Part shown: positions 1-10,329 of the stretch, piece after piece
Position numbering within the stretch: position 1 is the stretch's first letter
How the letters are laid out: every line of letters begins with the position of its first letter
NCBI GenBank assembly: GCA_963422645.2
Contig: CAXXVO010000012.1
Coordinates: forward strand, 64,001-128,000
Length of the DNA: 64,000 nucleotides
Source of the DNA: Alphaproteobacteria bacterium
GTDB lineage: Bacteria > Pseudomonadota > Alphaproteobacteria > UBA828
Reading direction: 5' to 3'
The notes under the pieces: generated by a model
Told to the model about the DNA's origin: nothing
Seen by the model: the letters and a program-made list of their open reading frames with translations, nothing else
Database searches by the model: none
Position numbers and translations under genes: made by a program

Positions 1-9
1 GATGCCGGC

Positions 10-699
10 GTGAGCTTCGCGGTGCGCGAGGGCGAAATCTTCGGCATCGCCGGGGTCGACGGCAACGGCCAGAAGCAGCTCGCCGAGTCCATCGCCGGGC
101 AGCGCCACGCGGACGCCGGCCGCATCGTGCTCGACGGCGCAGCCATCGAGGGGCTGAGCGTGCGCCAGCGCCAGCACGCGGGGCTCCGCTACGTCACCGA
201 CGACCGGCTCGGCGAAGGCACCGTCTCCGCCTTCCCCGTCGGCCTCAATCTGCTGCTGAAGCGGATCGGCGACGAGCCCTTCTGGCGCCACGGCATCATC
301 CGAAACGCCGAGGTGGAGCGCCACGCGCGGACGCTCATCGCCGAGCACGACGTGCGCGTGCCGGGCCCCGAGACCCCGCTCGGGCATCTCTCCGGCGGCA
401 ACGTGCAGAAGGCGCTGCTCGCCCGCGAGCTCGACGACCAGCCCATGGCGGTGATCTACAACAAGCCCACGTATGGGCTCGACCTGAACAACATCCGCCG
501 CGCCCGCCGCGCGATCTGCGAGAACGCCGACCAGGGTGTCGCGACGATCCTGATCTCCACTGACCTCGACGAAATCCTGGAGCTCTCGGACCGCATCGGC
601 GTCATGCTCGACGGGCGCATGGTCGGCGTCGTGGACAACGATGGCGACGCGGCACGCCGGGTCGGCGAGCTCATGATCGGGGTCGGCGCCCAGGCGTGA
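10..699 (+). CDS. ABC transporter ATP-binding protein, sugar/nucleoside type (C-terminal half, 5' end outside window)
   Basis: GIAGVDGNGQ, LSGGNVQK signature, ISTDLDE motif. Confidence 0.9.
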   Translation: MSFAVREGEIFGIAGVDGNGQKQLAESIAGQRHADAGRIVLDGAAIEGLSVRQRQHAGLRYVTDDRLGEGTVSAFPVGLNLLLKRIGDEPFWRHGIIRNAEVERHARTLIAEHDVRVPGPETPLGHLSGGNVQKALLARELDDQPMAVIYNKPTYGLDLNNIRRARRAICENADQGVATILISTDLDEILELSDRIGVMLDGRMVGVVDNDGDAARRVGELMIGVGAQA

Positions 700-706
700 G
701 CGCGCG

Positions 707-1792
707 ATGACACACGCGCCGACCGCACACGAGGAGCGGCCCGCCCCCGGCGCAACCGCGTTGCTCCGCTGGGCCGTGCCGGTCGCGTCGGCGCTGCTGC
801 CCATCGTGCTCGCGCTCGGCGTCGGCGCGCTGATCCTGCTGGTCCTCGGCGCCGACCCGGGCGCCTTCTATTACAACATCATCAAGCGCGGCCTCCTGAG
901 CTGGATCGGGCTGCAGGACACGATCACCCGCTGCGCGCCGCTGCTGCTGCTGGGCGCGAGCCTGATCGTCGCTTTCCGTGCCGGTCTCTGGAACCTCGGT
1001 GTCGACGGGCAGTTCCTGCTGGCCGCGGTGATCTCCGCCGCGCTCGCGCCGGCGCTGGTCACGGTCCTGCCGATCTGGCTGGTGCTGCCGCTGGTGATGC
1101 TGGTGGCGATGGCCGTCGGTGCCCTCTGGTCGCTGCTGCCGGCTGTGCTCAAGGCCTATTACGGCGTCAACGAGATCGTCACCACGCTGATGATGAGTTT
1201 CCTGGGGATCAGCGCGGCGAACGTGCTCATCAAGCTTCCCTTCGACGACCCCACCACCACCGTGCCGCAGACCGAGACGCTGGCGACCGACGACCGCCTG
1301 CCGCGCCTCTTCGACAGCACGATCAACGTGGGCGTGATCGTCGGCCTTGCGGTGATCCTGTTCATCCACTGGCTGATGACGCAGACGTCGTTCGGCCTGC
1401 GTCTGCGGCTGGTGGGCGCGAACCCGCGCGCTGCGGTGCATGTGGGGCTGCCGCTCGGCGCGCTGATGGTCGCCGTGTTCGCGCTGAGCGCCGGCCTTGC
1501 CGGGCTCGCCGGCTCGGTCGAAATCCTCGGCGTCTGGGGCAACGTGCGGGCCGACTGGAACCCGGCCTATGGCCTGATGATCATCCCGCTGGTCTTCCTC
1601 GCCCGCTTCAACGGCATCGCCGTGATCGGCTTCGTCTTCTTCTTCGCCGTGCTCTCCATCGGCGGCGAGACAGCCTCGCGCAAGGCGGGGCTCCCCAACT
1701 ACTTCATCCTGGTACTGGTGGCGCTGATGCTGGTCTTCCTGGCGCTCACCGAATGGCTCGGCCACCGCCGCCAGATGGCGGCACGGGACTGA
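707..1792 (+). CDS. ABC transporter permease (nucleoside/BMP type)
   Basis: Hydrophobic; FRAGLWNLGVDGQ and GVNEIVTTLM motifs. Confidence 0.9.
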   Translation: MTHAPTAHEERPAPGATALLRWAVPVASALLPIVLALGVGALILLVLGADPGAFYYNIIKRGLLSWIGLQDTITRCAPLLLLGASLIVAFRAGLWNLGVDGQFLLAAVISAALAPALVTVLPIWLVLPLVMLVAMAVGALWSLLPAVLKAYYGVNEIVTTLMMSFLGISAANVLIKLPFDDPTTTVPQTETLATDDRLPRLFDSTINVGVIVGLAVILFIHWLMTQTSFGLRLRLVGANPRAAVHVGLPLGALMVAVFALSAGLAGLAGSVEILGVWGNVRADWNPAYGLMIIPLVFLARFNGIAVIGFVFFFAVLSIGGETASRKAGLPNYFILVLVALMLVFLALTEWLGHRRQMAARD

Positions 1793-1798
1793 GCGGCG

Positions 1799-2737
1799 AT
1801 GTCGCAGGGCCTGCTCAGCGACGCCTTCCTGATCTCGCTGATCGCGGGTGCGGTCGCGGCCGGCGTGCCGCTGCTGCTGGCCGGGCTCGGCGAGCAGGTC
1901 TCGGAGAAGGCCGGCGTGCTGAACATCGGCATCGAGGGGATGATGCTCTTCGGCGCCTACGCCGGCTTCGCCACCGCCTTCGGCACCAACTCGCTCTGGC
2001 TCGGATTCCTGGCGGGCGCCGCAGCCGGCCTCGTGATGGCGATGCTGATGGCCCTCTTCTGCGTGCGCTTAGGGCTAAACCAGATCGTGATCGGGATCGC
2101 GCTCACCCTCGGCGCGGACGGCATCACCGCCCTCCTCCACCACGTGCAGTTCAGCCGCACCTATCCACGCCTGCCGCGGGTCGAGACGGTGGACATTCCG
2201 GGACTCAGCGAGATTCCGATCGTCGGGCCGAGCCTCTTCGCCCGCCACCCCATGGTCTACATCGCGGTCATCCTGGTGCTGGTCCTCGCCTATCTCTTCC
2301 GCAACACCCATGTCGGGCTCAACCTGCAGGCGGCGGGTGACAAGCCCGATGCCCTCGACGCGGCCGGGATCAGCGTGACTGCGACCCGCACCTGGTCGGT
2401 GCTCTTCACCGGTGCGATGGCGGGGATGGGCGGCGCCTACATGGCGATGATCGGGGCCGGCATCTTCGTCCCCTTCATGACCGGCGGGGCGGGCTTCATC
2501 GCCATTGTGCTGGCGATGCTCGCGCGCGGGCGGCCGATCTGGGTGCTGATCGGCGCCCTCCTCTTCGGCGCGAGCCTCTCGCTCACCACCGCGCTGCAGG
2601 TCGGCGGCGTCAACGTGCCTACGGATGTGGTGCAGATGCTGCCCTTCCTCATGGTGATGATCGTGCTGGTGCTCTTCGCCCGGCGCGCGAGCCTGCCGGC
2701 CGCGCTCGGCCTGCCCTACGTGCGCGGGCAGCGTTAG
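1799..2737 (+). CDS. ABC transporter permease
   Basis: SEKAGVLNIGIEG motif; multiple TM helices. Confidence 0.9.
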   Translation: MSQGLLSDAFLISLIAGAVAAGVPLLLAGLGEQVSEKAGVLNIGIEGMMLFGAYAGFATAFGTNSLWLGFLAGAAAGLVMAMLMALFCVRLGLNQIVIGIALTLGADGITALLHHVQFSRTYPRLPRVETVDIPGLSEIPIVGPSLFARHPMVYIAVILVLVLAYLFRNTHVGLNLQAAGDKPDALDAAGISVTATRTWSVLFTGAMAGMGGAYMAMIGAGIFVPFMTGGAGFIAIVLAMLARGRPIWVLIGALLFGASLSLTTALQVGGVNVPTDVVQMLPFLMVMIVLVLFARRASLPAALGLPYVRGQR

Positions 2738-2763
2738 ACTGGAGGGATGCAGGGAGCGAGGCG

Positions 2764-3582
2764 ATGAAAGAGACGCGGGTCTTCATCCTGGACGGCGGCA
2801 CGCTGGTGATCGACGGCTTCCACATCTACTGGAACCGGGGTCCGGCGGGCGAGGTGCGCTTCCCGGTCTATAGCGTGCTGATCGACCATGCCGACGGGCT
2901 CTACCTCTTCGATACCGGCTTTGACTGCGACCACGTCAACGCCGTGCTGCCCTTCGAGAAGCCGATCCAGTCGGATAAACAGTCGCTGGTCGGCGCTCTC
3001 GCGCTCGCGGGCTACCGGCCCCAGGACATCGATTACGTCGTCAACTCGCACTATCACTTCGACCACTGCGGCGGGAACCGCCATCTGCGCGAGGCCTGCA
3101 CGGTCTGCCATGCGCTCGAGTTCGCCCAGTGCTCGGCTCCCGAGCCCTTCGAGCTGCTGGGCTATTCCGACATGCGCTTCCACGCGGACCTCTACCGCGA
3201 GCGCCTCAAGCGCGAAGGCCGGGAGGTGCCGGCCGACCCGGAGAGCGACATCTGGACCCCGCGTGTCGAGCTCGTGAGCGGCGATCAGGAGATCGCCAAG
3301 GGCCTGCACCTGATCGAGACGCCGGGGCATACCGCCGGGCACTACAGCCTGCTGGTCGAGCTCGCCGGGAGGCGGCCGATGCTCTTCACCGCCGATGACG
3401 CCTACACGCGCAAGGGATTGGAGCAGGAGATCATCCCGAGCTTCCACCTGGACCCGGTGAAGGCGGTCGCCTCGATGAAGCGGCTCAAGGACGTTGCGGT
3501 GGAACGGGATGCCGAGATCTTCGTCGGCCACGACGGCGAGGCCTTTGCCGGCTACGACACTGCGCCAGCCTGGTATAGCTAG
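2764..3582 (+). CDS. pldA: 4-pyridoxolactonase / AHL-lactonase-family metallo-beta-lactamase
   Basis: HYHFDHCG metal motif; N-terminus LDGGTLVIDGFHIYWNRGPAGEVRFPVYS resembles rhizobial 4-pyridoxolactonase. Confidence 0.8.
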   Translation: MKETRVFILDGGTLVIDGFHIYWNRGPAGEVRFPVYSVLIDHADGLYLFDTGFDCDHVNAVLPFEKPIQSDKQSLVGALALAGYRPQDIDYVVNSHYHFDHCGGNRHLREACTVCHALEFAQCSAPEPFELLGYSDMRFHADLYRERLKREGREVPADPESDIWTPRVELVSGDQEIAKGLHLIETPGHTAGHYSLLVELAGRRPMLFTADDAYTRKGLEQEIIPSFHLDPVKAVASMKRLKDVAVERDAEIFVGHDGEAFAGYDTAPAWYS

Positions 3583-3606
3583 CCGGCAGGCGCGGGAGCA
3601 GCAGTC

Positions 3607-5396
3607 GTGATCCGCGCGCTGGTCGCAGAGCTGCAGGCCGACGCCCTCTCGGCCAAGCTTCCCGCTGCGCTCTCCACCGGACTCGTGGTGGCGGTGATCA
3701 TGCTGGTCTCGGAGGCCGCCATCGCCTCCATCATCTTCTCGGGGCCCCTCACTCCCTTCATCCCCCAGGGTACCGGCGCGATCCTCTTCGGCACGCTGGT
3801 GATGTGCCTCATCACGGCGCTCTCCAGCACCTACAAGGGCATCATCTCCGCCCCCCACTTCGCGCCCGCTGCGGTGCTGCTGACCATCGGCGGCACGGTC
3901 GCGGTCAGCCTCGCATCCGCCGGCGGCACGGCGGTGTTCGCGACGATGATCGTCATCCTGGGACTCACCACGGTGATCTCGGCGATCATCTTCCTGCTCA
4001 TCGGGCAGTTCCGGCTGGCCCATCTGTTCCGCTTCATGCCCTACCCCCTGGTGGGCGGATTCCTCGCGGGCATCGGCTGGTTCCTGGCCAAGAGCAGTGT
4101 CGCGGTGTCGTCCGGGATCAGGCTCGACTGGGAGACCTTTCCGCATCTGGCGGAGATCGACACGATCCAGAGGTGGGCGCCGAGCGTCCTCTACGGCTGC
4201 GTGCTGCTCGCCATCTCGAAGATCCGCGCGCACTACCTGATCCTGCCCGTTTCGGTGGTGATCGCCGTCGGGCTCTGCCACGCGGTGCTCTACGCGCTCG
4301 ACATTTCGCTCGCCGAGGCCACCGCAGCCGGCATCCTCTTCGTGGGCATTCCGGCCGAGTCCACCTGGCCACCCATCGGTCTCGGCGACCTCACGCATGT
4401 GGACTGGGGGGTGGTGGGATCCCAGCTACCGCTCATCCTGGGCGCCATGCTGGTTGCGCTGATCGGTGTCGTCCTGCATGCGGGCGCCATCGAGCTCGTG
4501 ACCGGCGTTGAGATCGACCTGAACCGGGAGTTCCGGGCCGAAGGCGCCTCGTGCCTGGTGGCCGGCATCGGCGGCAGCGCGCCGGGCTGCAACACCTCGC
4601 CCGTCTCCCTCATCAGCCACGCGACCCGGGCCGACACGCGGCTTACGGGCGTGGTCGTGGCCCTCATCGTCGGCCTGATCCTCTTCGTGGGCGGCGAGGT
4701 GCTGGCGATCCTGCCCACGCCGATGCTGGGCGGCCTGGTGCTCTTCGTCGGGCTCAACCTGCTCTACGACTGGCTGGTCACGAACCGCAGGACCCTGCCC
4801 TGGCTGGACTACGGCACCGTTCTCGTCGTCTCCCTCATCATCGGCATCTTCGGGTTCCTGGAAGGCGTGGCGGTGGGGATGGCGGCGGCCGTGATCTTCT
4901 TCGTGATGCGCTTCAGCAAGGTGAGTGTCATCGACGCCGCGTTCACCGGACGCGAGTTGCGGAGCAAGAAGACCCGCTCCGTCACCCATCGCGCCATCCT
5001 GCGGAACCAGGGCGAGCGCCTGCGCGTCCTGCGGCTGCGCGGCTACATCATCTTCGGCAACGCCGCCGCCATCGGCGGCTGGATCAAGCAGGCGCTCAAG
5101 GACGACCCGCCGCCGCACTGCCTGCTGCTGGACTTCGCCGCGGTCTCGGGCTTCGACAGCTCCGCCGCGAACGTCATGAGCCGCGCGATCCGCGCCGCGC
5201 ATGGACGGGGGACCCGCGTGGTGCTCAGCGCGGCTCCAGCGCACGTGCGCACCATTCTGCAGCGCGGGCTGCCGCGCCCCCTGTGGCAGGCGCTGATCGT
5301 GGAAGAGGATCTCGACCGCGCCCTGGAGCGCTGCGAGGACCAGGTCATCGCCGAATGGGACCGGCTCCACGGCGACTCCGACGCAGCGCGCGCGGC
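3607..5396 (+). pseudogene. SulP-family anion transporter with STAS domain, 5' part (interrupted by Mu-like element)
   Basis: PYPLVGGFLAGIG motif, STAS LLDFAAVSGFDSSA; frame rejoins at 10335 once the insertion and one TSD copy are removed. Confidence 0.9.
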
Positions 5397-5404
5397 TGTA
5401 GGGG

Positions 5405-5520
5405 GACGAAAGTCATTGCGAATCCGGAAGATGCCGGGAAGAAGGCGGAAGAAGGCGGACGGTCAAGGGGTTGGCGGCGTTTCCGGGGTCTGGCGGGCCG
5501 GACGAAAGTCTTTGCGAATC
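5405..5520 (+). repeat. Left-end putative transposase binding sites (5405-5424, 5501-5520)
   Basis: GACGAAAGTC(A/T)TTGCGAATC twice. Confidence 0.85.
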
Positions 5521-5666
5521 CGGCCCGGAAAGGGCCGTGAATTGGCTGGAAACGGTGATTTTCGGGGCGTTTCAGGGGTGCTGAAAGGCCTGTAAATCGG
5601 GGCGGTTCCGGGGGTGCGGATTCGCCGGCAAATCCCGGTGCGGCGCGGTGCTTCGCCTCGCCCGGT

Positions 5667-6605
5667 CTACGATGCCGGCGTTGTCCCCGCGCCGGCCTCC
5701 TTCCCTTCGAGATCGGCGCGCCGCGGGTCGCGTGCGATCTCCTCGTCGGAGAAGGGCTTTCGCCCGGGGTTCCCGACCTCCCAGCTTTCCATCCATGGCA
5801 GCGACTGGCATCCGCAGTTGATCGTCTCGGCGGCGGGTCCGGCGGGATCGCGGGGGTACATGAGCGTGGCGCCGCCGACGTCGAAGGGCCTGGCGGCTTC
5901 CCTGGTCTGTCCGTCGACGGCGTCGTGGGCGATGCGGCTTCTGAGCTTTCCGGAGCGTCGCCACTGCTTCCTCAGCCCCGGCAGGATCCCGGCGGCCTGC
6001 TCCATGCGCTGCTGTCCGGCCATGGAGTATGCGCGGCCGAGCTCGGTCCGCACGATTGTCAGGGCGCGGGACCTGCCGCCGGTCTTGAGGATGGCGGCGA
6101 CGCGTCCGGTGGTCTCGCCGACGGGGACCGAGCCGGTCATGGCGAGGCCGAGCTGGGTGTTGACGCGGTCTGCGAGGGCGGCGGTGACGCCCTTCATCTT
6201 GTCGGTGAGGAAGGATCGCATGGCGAGGAGCTGGCGGGTGTCGACCCGGGGCAGGACGGCGGCGATGCGGAAGTCGGGGGCATCGAGGCGCATGGCGGCG
6301 TCGACGGGGGCGTCCACGGTATCGATGCCGGCGTCCCAGGCGCGGGTTGCGCCCTCGGCCATGGCCTGCCCGGCGTCTGCGCCGAGGCTGTCGAGGGCGT
6401 CCCGGACGGAGGCCTGGAGGGATGGCAGCGCCCATGCCTGGTAATCGGAGGGCGCGCCGGCGAGGGTGGCCCGGATGTCGCGCTCGGCGCGCCCGAGGAT
6501 GCGGCCGACCTCGGCGGCGGTGTCCTTCTGGATGCGGGGCAGGGCGCGGGCGCGGCGGGATCGCTCGCCCTTGAGCCTGCGCTCGCGCTGACGGTCGGTA
6601 GCCAC
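5667..6605 (-). CDS. Phage head morphogenesis protein (Mu gpF / minor head family)
   Basis: RALTIVRTELGRAYS, KQWRRSGK..R..H...DGQ, MYPRDP...AAETINCGC. Confidence 0.85.
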   Translation of the reverse strand: MATDRQRERRLKGERSRRARALPRIQKDTAAEVGRILGRAERDIRATLAGAPSDYQAWALPSLQASVRDALDSLGADAGQAMAEGATRAWDAGIDTVDAPVDAAMRLDAPDFRIAAVLPRVDTRQLLAMRSFLTDKMKGVTAALADRVNTQLGLAMTGSVPVGETTGRVAAILKTGGRSRALTIVRTELGRAYSMAGQQRMEQAAGILPGLRKQWRRSGKLRSRIAHDAVDGQTREAARPFDVGGATLMYPRDPAGPAAETINCGCQSLPWMESWEVGNPGRKPFSDEEIARDPRRADLEGKEAGAGTTPAS

Positions 6606-6608
6606 GTG

Positions 6609-6742
6609 CTACGCCTCGCCGTCGTCGGCGTCCTCGTCCTGCGGGGGCTCGCGGAAGGCGTCTTCTTCGGCCCGTCCGGCGGCGTCTTCGCGCGCCGCCT
6701 CGAGTTCGGCGTCGGCGTCGATCTCGACGCCGAGGCGCCCGG
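6609..6742 (-). pseudogene. C-terminal remnant of probable phage portal protein
   Basis: GRLGVEIDADAELEAARED tail directly upstream of gpF; 5' part replaced by IS-like sequence. Confidence 0.55.
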
Positions 6743-6892
6743 TGAGCGCGCGCGGTCTTTCAGCGGGGATCGGGGCCTGATCCGCTCGGATTTGTTGAGG
6801 TTTTGGGGCGGGTGCCCCTCGGCGAACTTGCAAGAAGTTCGCCGGGGGGCTTTGTCTCGTGGTGACGGTCACAATCGCCAGAGACGGCCCCA

Positions 6893-7510
6893 ATGTCGCA
6901 CAACATTTTCCGCCACTCCATGCTTTGCAACGCCCTGGTCTGGGCCTGGCTGCGCGAGGTCGATGAGGCCGAGGCGGCGCGCTGCCGCGAGGCGGGCTGC
7001 CGACACTGCCCCGGCAAGCTGCACAGCGCGACGTATCCGCGCAAGCCGTACGGTCTGGCAGCCGAGTTGAGGGAAGAGGGCACGCGGCGGTTCAGCTTCT
7101 GCTGCGCGGATTGCCGCCTGCGAGCGACCCCACCATCGGTACGATTCTTCGGGCGCCGCTTTTATCTGGGCGCCCTGTTCGTTCTGTTGAGTGCACTGGT
7201 TCTGAGAGGCGGGGTGCGGTTGCAGACGATCAAGCGGAAGTGGGGGGTCTCGGTCGCCACACTGCGCCGCTGGCGGAAGTGGTGGCTGGAGGCGTTCCCG
7301 GCGACGGAGCCCTGGGGAGCGAAGCGTGGCGAACTGGTGATGCCACCCGAGGAGGTGCCGCTGCTCTTCGTGCTGCGGCAGATGCGGGGCGGACGCTTCG
7401 GTGAGCGTCTGTTCCTGAGCCTGATCTGGTTCAAGCCGTGGACGGGCTATTGCGGGCTCGGCGATGGCTCGGCGCCGCCCGCAGAAAGTGTTCCTGTCAC
7501 GCCCGGATAG
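6893..7510 (+). CDS. Cys-rich (CxxC) plus HTH accessory protein of the transposon
   Basis: CRHCPGKLH, FSFCCADCRLRATPPSVRF, TLRRWRKWW. Confidence 0.75.
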   Translation: MSHNIFRHSMLCNALVWAWLREVDEAEAARCREAGCRHCPGKLHSATYPRKPYGLAAELREEGTRRFSFCCADCRLRATPPSVRFFGRRFYLGALFVLLSALVLRGGVRLQTIKRKWGVSVATLRRWRKWWLEAFPATEPWGAKRGELVMPPEEVPLLFVLRQMRGGRFGERLFLSLIWFKPWTGYCGLGDGSAPPAESVPVTPG

Positions 7511-7559
7511 GGCGTTCTACATGGGCATCTCTCCGATGCGGCGAGGGAGGGATGCCGGA

Positions 7560-9035
7560 ATGGACAAGGACGACGCGGGCGCCAGGCGCGAGAAGTGGGC
7601 CCGGCTGCGCTTTGCGGTGGTGGGGCCGCTTCTGGCTTCACCGCCGCCTGCAGGCCAGCTGGGGGCCGAGTTCGAGCGTCTGTCGCAGCGCGACTGGGAG
7701 CACCCGTCGGGCAAGGGGCCGGTGCGCTTTGCGGCCTCGACGATCGAGCGCTGGTACTACCGGGCGCGGGCAGAGGAGCAGGACCCGGTCAAGGCGCTGC
7801 GCCGGAAGCCTCGGACCGACGTCGGCCGCGAGCGGTCCATGTCGGCGGGGCTGATCGCGGCGCTGCGCGAGCAGTACCGGGTCCATCCCTCGTGGGCGGC
7901 GCAGCTCCACTACGAGACCCTCAAGGCTCATGTTGCGACCCATCCCGAGCTCGGCCCGATGCCGTCCTACGCGACGCTGACGCGGGCGATGCGCAATCGC
8001 GGCCTGGTGCGCGAGCGCCCCAGGAAGTGGCACGAGGGTGAGGACAAGCCGGCGGTCGAAGCCCGCGAGGTCCTTAGCTACGAGGTGTCTCGCAGTCACG
8101 CGCTGTGGCACGGGGACTTCCACCACGGCAAGCGCCGCGTGCTGACGGCGTCGGGCGAATGGCAGACGCCCATCCTGCTCGGCTTCCTCGACGACCACTC
8201 CAGGCTTGGCTGCCACCTGCAGTGGTACCTGGAGGAGACCGCCGAGGTCTTCGTCCACGGGCTCTGTCAGGCCTTCATGAAGAGGGACTTGCCCAGGTCC
8301 CTGCTGACCGACAACGGCGGGCCGATGACGGCGGGCGAGGTCGAGGAGGGCTTGCACCGCCTCGGCATCGTGGGGGCCACGACACTCGCTTACAGCCCCC
8401 ATCAAAATGGAAAAATCGAGTCGTTCTGGGGCACGGTCGAGGGCCGCCTGATGGCTCAGCTCGAAGGCGTCGACGCGCTCACCCTGAAGATGCTCAACGA
8501 CGCCACCATAGCCTGGCTGGAGCAGGACTACCATCGGCGGGTGCACCGCGAGCTCGGCATGACGCCGCATGAACGCCTCGCCGGGAGCGTCAAGGCATCG
8601 AGGCCCTGCCCCGCCTCGGACGAGCTCAAGGCGGCCTTCCGCATCGCCAGGAAGCGCACGCTCAGGCGCTCGGACGGCACCGTCTCGGTCGAGGGCATCC
8701 GCTACCAGGTGCCACAGCCGTGGCGCCACCTGAGGACGCTCTGGGTCCGCTATGCGCGCTGGGACCTCAGCGGCGTCGATCTGGTGGAAGGCCGAAGCGG
8801 CGAGCGGCTGTGCACGCTGTACCCCCTCGACAAGCGCGGCAACGCCGATGGCGTCCGCCGTCCTGCGAGACCCGGCAGCGACCATGGCGGCGCCAGCGCG
8901 GGCGTCGGCGAACTTCCGCCGCTGCTCAAGGGCGTGCTCGACGCCCAGGCCGCAACAGGCCTGCCGCCGGCCTGGGTACCCCATAACAAGACGCCCGGTC
9001 CGGGCGAGGACGACGATCAGGGAGATCCGTCATGA
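7560..9035 (+). CDS. DDE integrase/transposase (rve, Mu-transposase-like C-terminus)
   Basis: LWHGDFHH, LTDNG, NGKIESFW catalytic D-D-E. Confidence 0.9.
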   Translation: MDKDDAGARREKWARLRFAVVGPLLASPPPAGQLGAEFERLSQRDWEHPSGKGPVRFAASTIERWYYRARAEEQDPVKALRRKPRTDVGRERSMSAGLIAALREQYRVHPSWAAQLHYETLKAHVATHPELGPMPSYATLTRAMRNRGLVRERPRKWHEGEDKPAVEAREVLSYEVSRSHALWHGDFHHGKRRVLTASGEWQTPILLGFLDDHSRLGCHLQWYLEETAEVFVHGLCQAFMKRDLPRSLLTDNGGPMTAGEVEEGLHRLGIVGATTLAYSPHQNGKIESFWGTVEGRLMAQLEGVDALTLKMLNDATIAWLEQDYHRRVHRELGMTPHERLAGSVKASRPCPASDELKAAFRIARKRTLRRSDGTVSVEGIRYQVPQPWRHLRTLWVRYARWDLSGVDLVEGRSGERLCTLYPLDKRGNADGVRRPARPGSDHGGASAGVGELPPLLKGVLDAQAATGLPPAWVPHNKTPGPGEDDDQGDPS

Positions 9036-9568
9036 ACCGCGAGCTGCTCACCTTCTACGGGCTCAAATGGAACCCCTTCGCCACCGACCTTCCGGTCGAC
9101 AGCCTCATGGTGAGCCCCGCCGTCGACAGCTTCTGCCTCAGAATCGAGCATCATCTTGTGCGCCAGGGCGGCTTCGCGTTGATCGCCGGCGAGCCCGGCA
9201 CCGGAAAGAGCGTGGCGTTGCGCGTGCTCGCCGACCGCCTCGGCCGCTCGGACGGGCTCAGGGTCTGTGCCATCACCCACCCCTCTTCCAGGCTGTCCGA
9301 CTTCTACCGCGAGATCGGCGGGATGTTCGGCGTCGACCTGATGTACAACAACCGCTGGGCCAGCTTCAAAAACCTGCGCGAGCGATGGCTCACCCATGTC
9401 GACGACACCCGCATGCGGCCCGTGGTGCTCATCGACGAGGCCCAGGAGCTGCTGCCCTCGGTGATCTCCGAGATCCGCCTGCTGGCGTCCACCGACTTCG
9501 ACTCGCGCGCCATCCTCTCGGTCGTCTTCGCCGGCGACAGCCGCCTGATCGACAGGCTCCGCCAGCCC
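9032..9568 (+). pseudogene. ExeA-family AAA ATPase, truncated
   Basis: Walker A GEPGTGKS, Walker B VLIDEAQ; plausible sequence ends after RLRQP. Confidence 0.8.
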
Positions 9569-10157
9569 CACATTCGGCCCCTGGGGCCTCGACCGGTACG
9601 CAACCCACGCCGACGAGGCCGAGCGCCACCGCGCCGACCGGGTGATGCTCGGCATCACCTCGTGGGACACCGCCGACGACATGCACCGCATGTACTGGTA
9701 TCCCGTCTACCGCGCGCGCACCGCCGTCCCCATGGAACTCCCCTTCTTCCCCGGCTGGGAGGACGGCGCGCAGTGGCCGCCGTCGCGGGACGACCCCTTC
9801 GGACCCGTCGCCGGGCGCTTCGCGCTCCAGGCCCTGCTCCCGCCCGGGCTGGAGGCGCTCACCTACCGGTGCACCGCCGCGGCAGAGCCCTGCGGACGCT
9901 GCCCCAGATGCCGCCTCAACGCCTTCTTCGAGCGCTTCTGCCGGGGACGCCCGGCGGACCAGGTCGCCCGCATCGACGACGCCCTCGAACGACACCGCGG
10001 CGCAGGCCGATGGTACGCCGACGCCGACCCCGGAAGATGGACCGGTCACGACGGATACGACGCCGCAGAACGCGCCGTCGAAGACCCCGAATGGTGGAAG
10101 GCCGAACTCGAACGCCCGTGCCGCCCCGGCGCCCGCCCCGGTCCCGACCGCGCCTGA
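9569..10157 (+). pseudogene. QueC-like (PP-loop/Zn) protein, 5'-truncated
   Basis: ADRVMLGITSWD and TYRC-x6-CGRCPRC resemble the QueC C-terminal Zn motif. Confidence 0.5.
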
Positions 10158-10278
10158 AACCCTCACGCACCGCCCGTGCACGGGCCCTGAACCCCCCGCG
10201 CAGCGCTCCTTCACGGCCCATGCACAGGCCGGTTTTTCCAGCCCGATTCAGCCCCGAAAACCAGACGATTTTCCAGGC

Positions 10279-10321
10279 CATTCGCAAAGACTTCCGGCCG
10301 CGATTCGCAAAGACTTTCGTC
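10279..10321 (-). repeat. Right-end putative transposase binding sites (10279-10298, 10302-10321)
   Basis: Reverse complements of the left-end 20-mer. Confidence 0.85.
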
Positions 10322-10329
10322 CGGCTACA

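Larger units (their letters stand above)
6743..9568 (+). mobile_element. Three-gene transposon (Cys-rich ORF + DDE integrase + ExeA ATPase), right end deleted
   Basis: Gene trio; left boundary only approximate (TGAGCG at 6743); ATPase truncated. Confidence 0.65.
5397..10329. mobile_element. Defective Mu-like transposable prophage (mini-Mu), 4933 bp
   Basis: Ends TGTAGGGGGACGAAAGTCATTGCGAATC and (revcomp) TGTAGCCGGACGAAAGTCTTTGCGAATC; TSD GCGGC at 5392-5396 and 10330-10334; phage head genes inside. Confidence 0.9.

Noticed and set aside
5397-5595. Basic C-terminal tail of the 662-aa SulP ORF
   Set aside because: Read-through into the Mu-like end; the real C-terminus is at 10335-10743.
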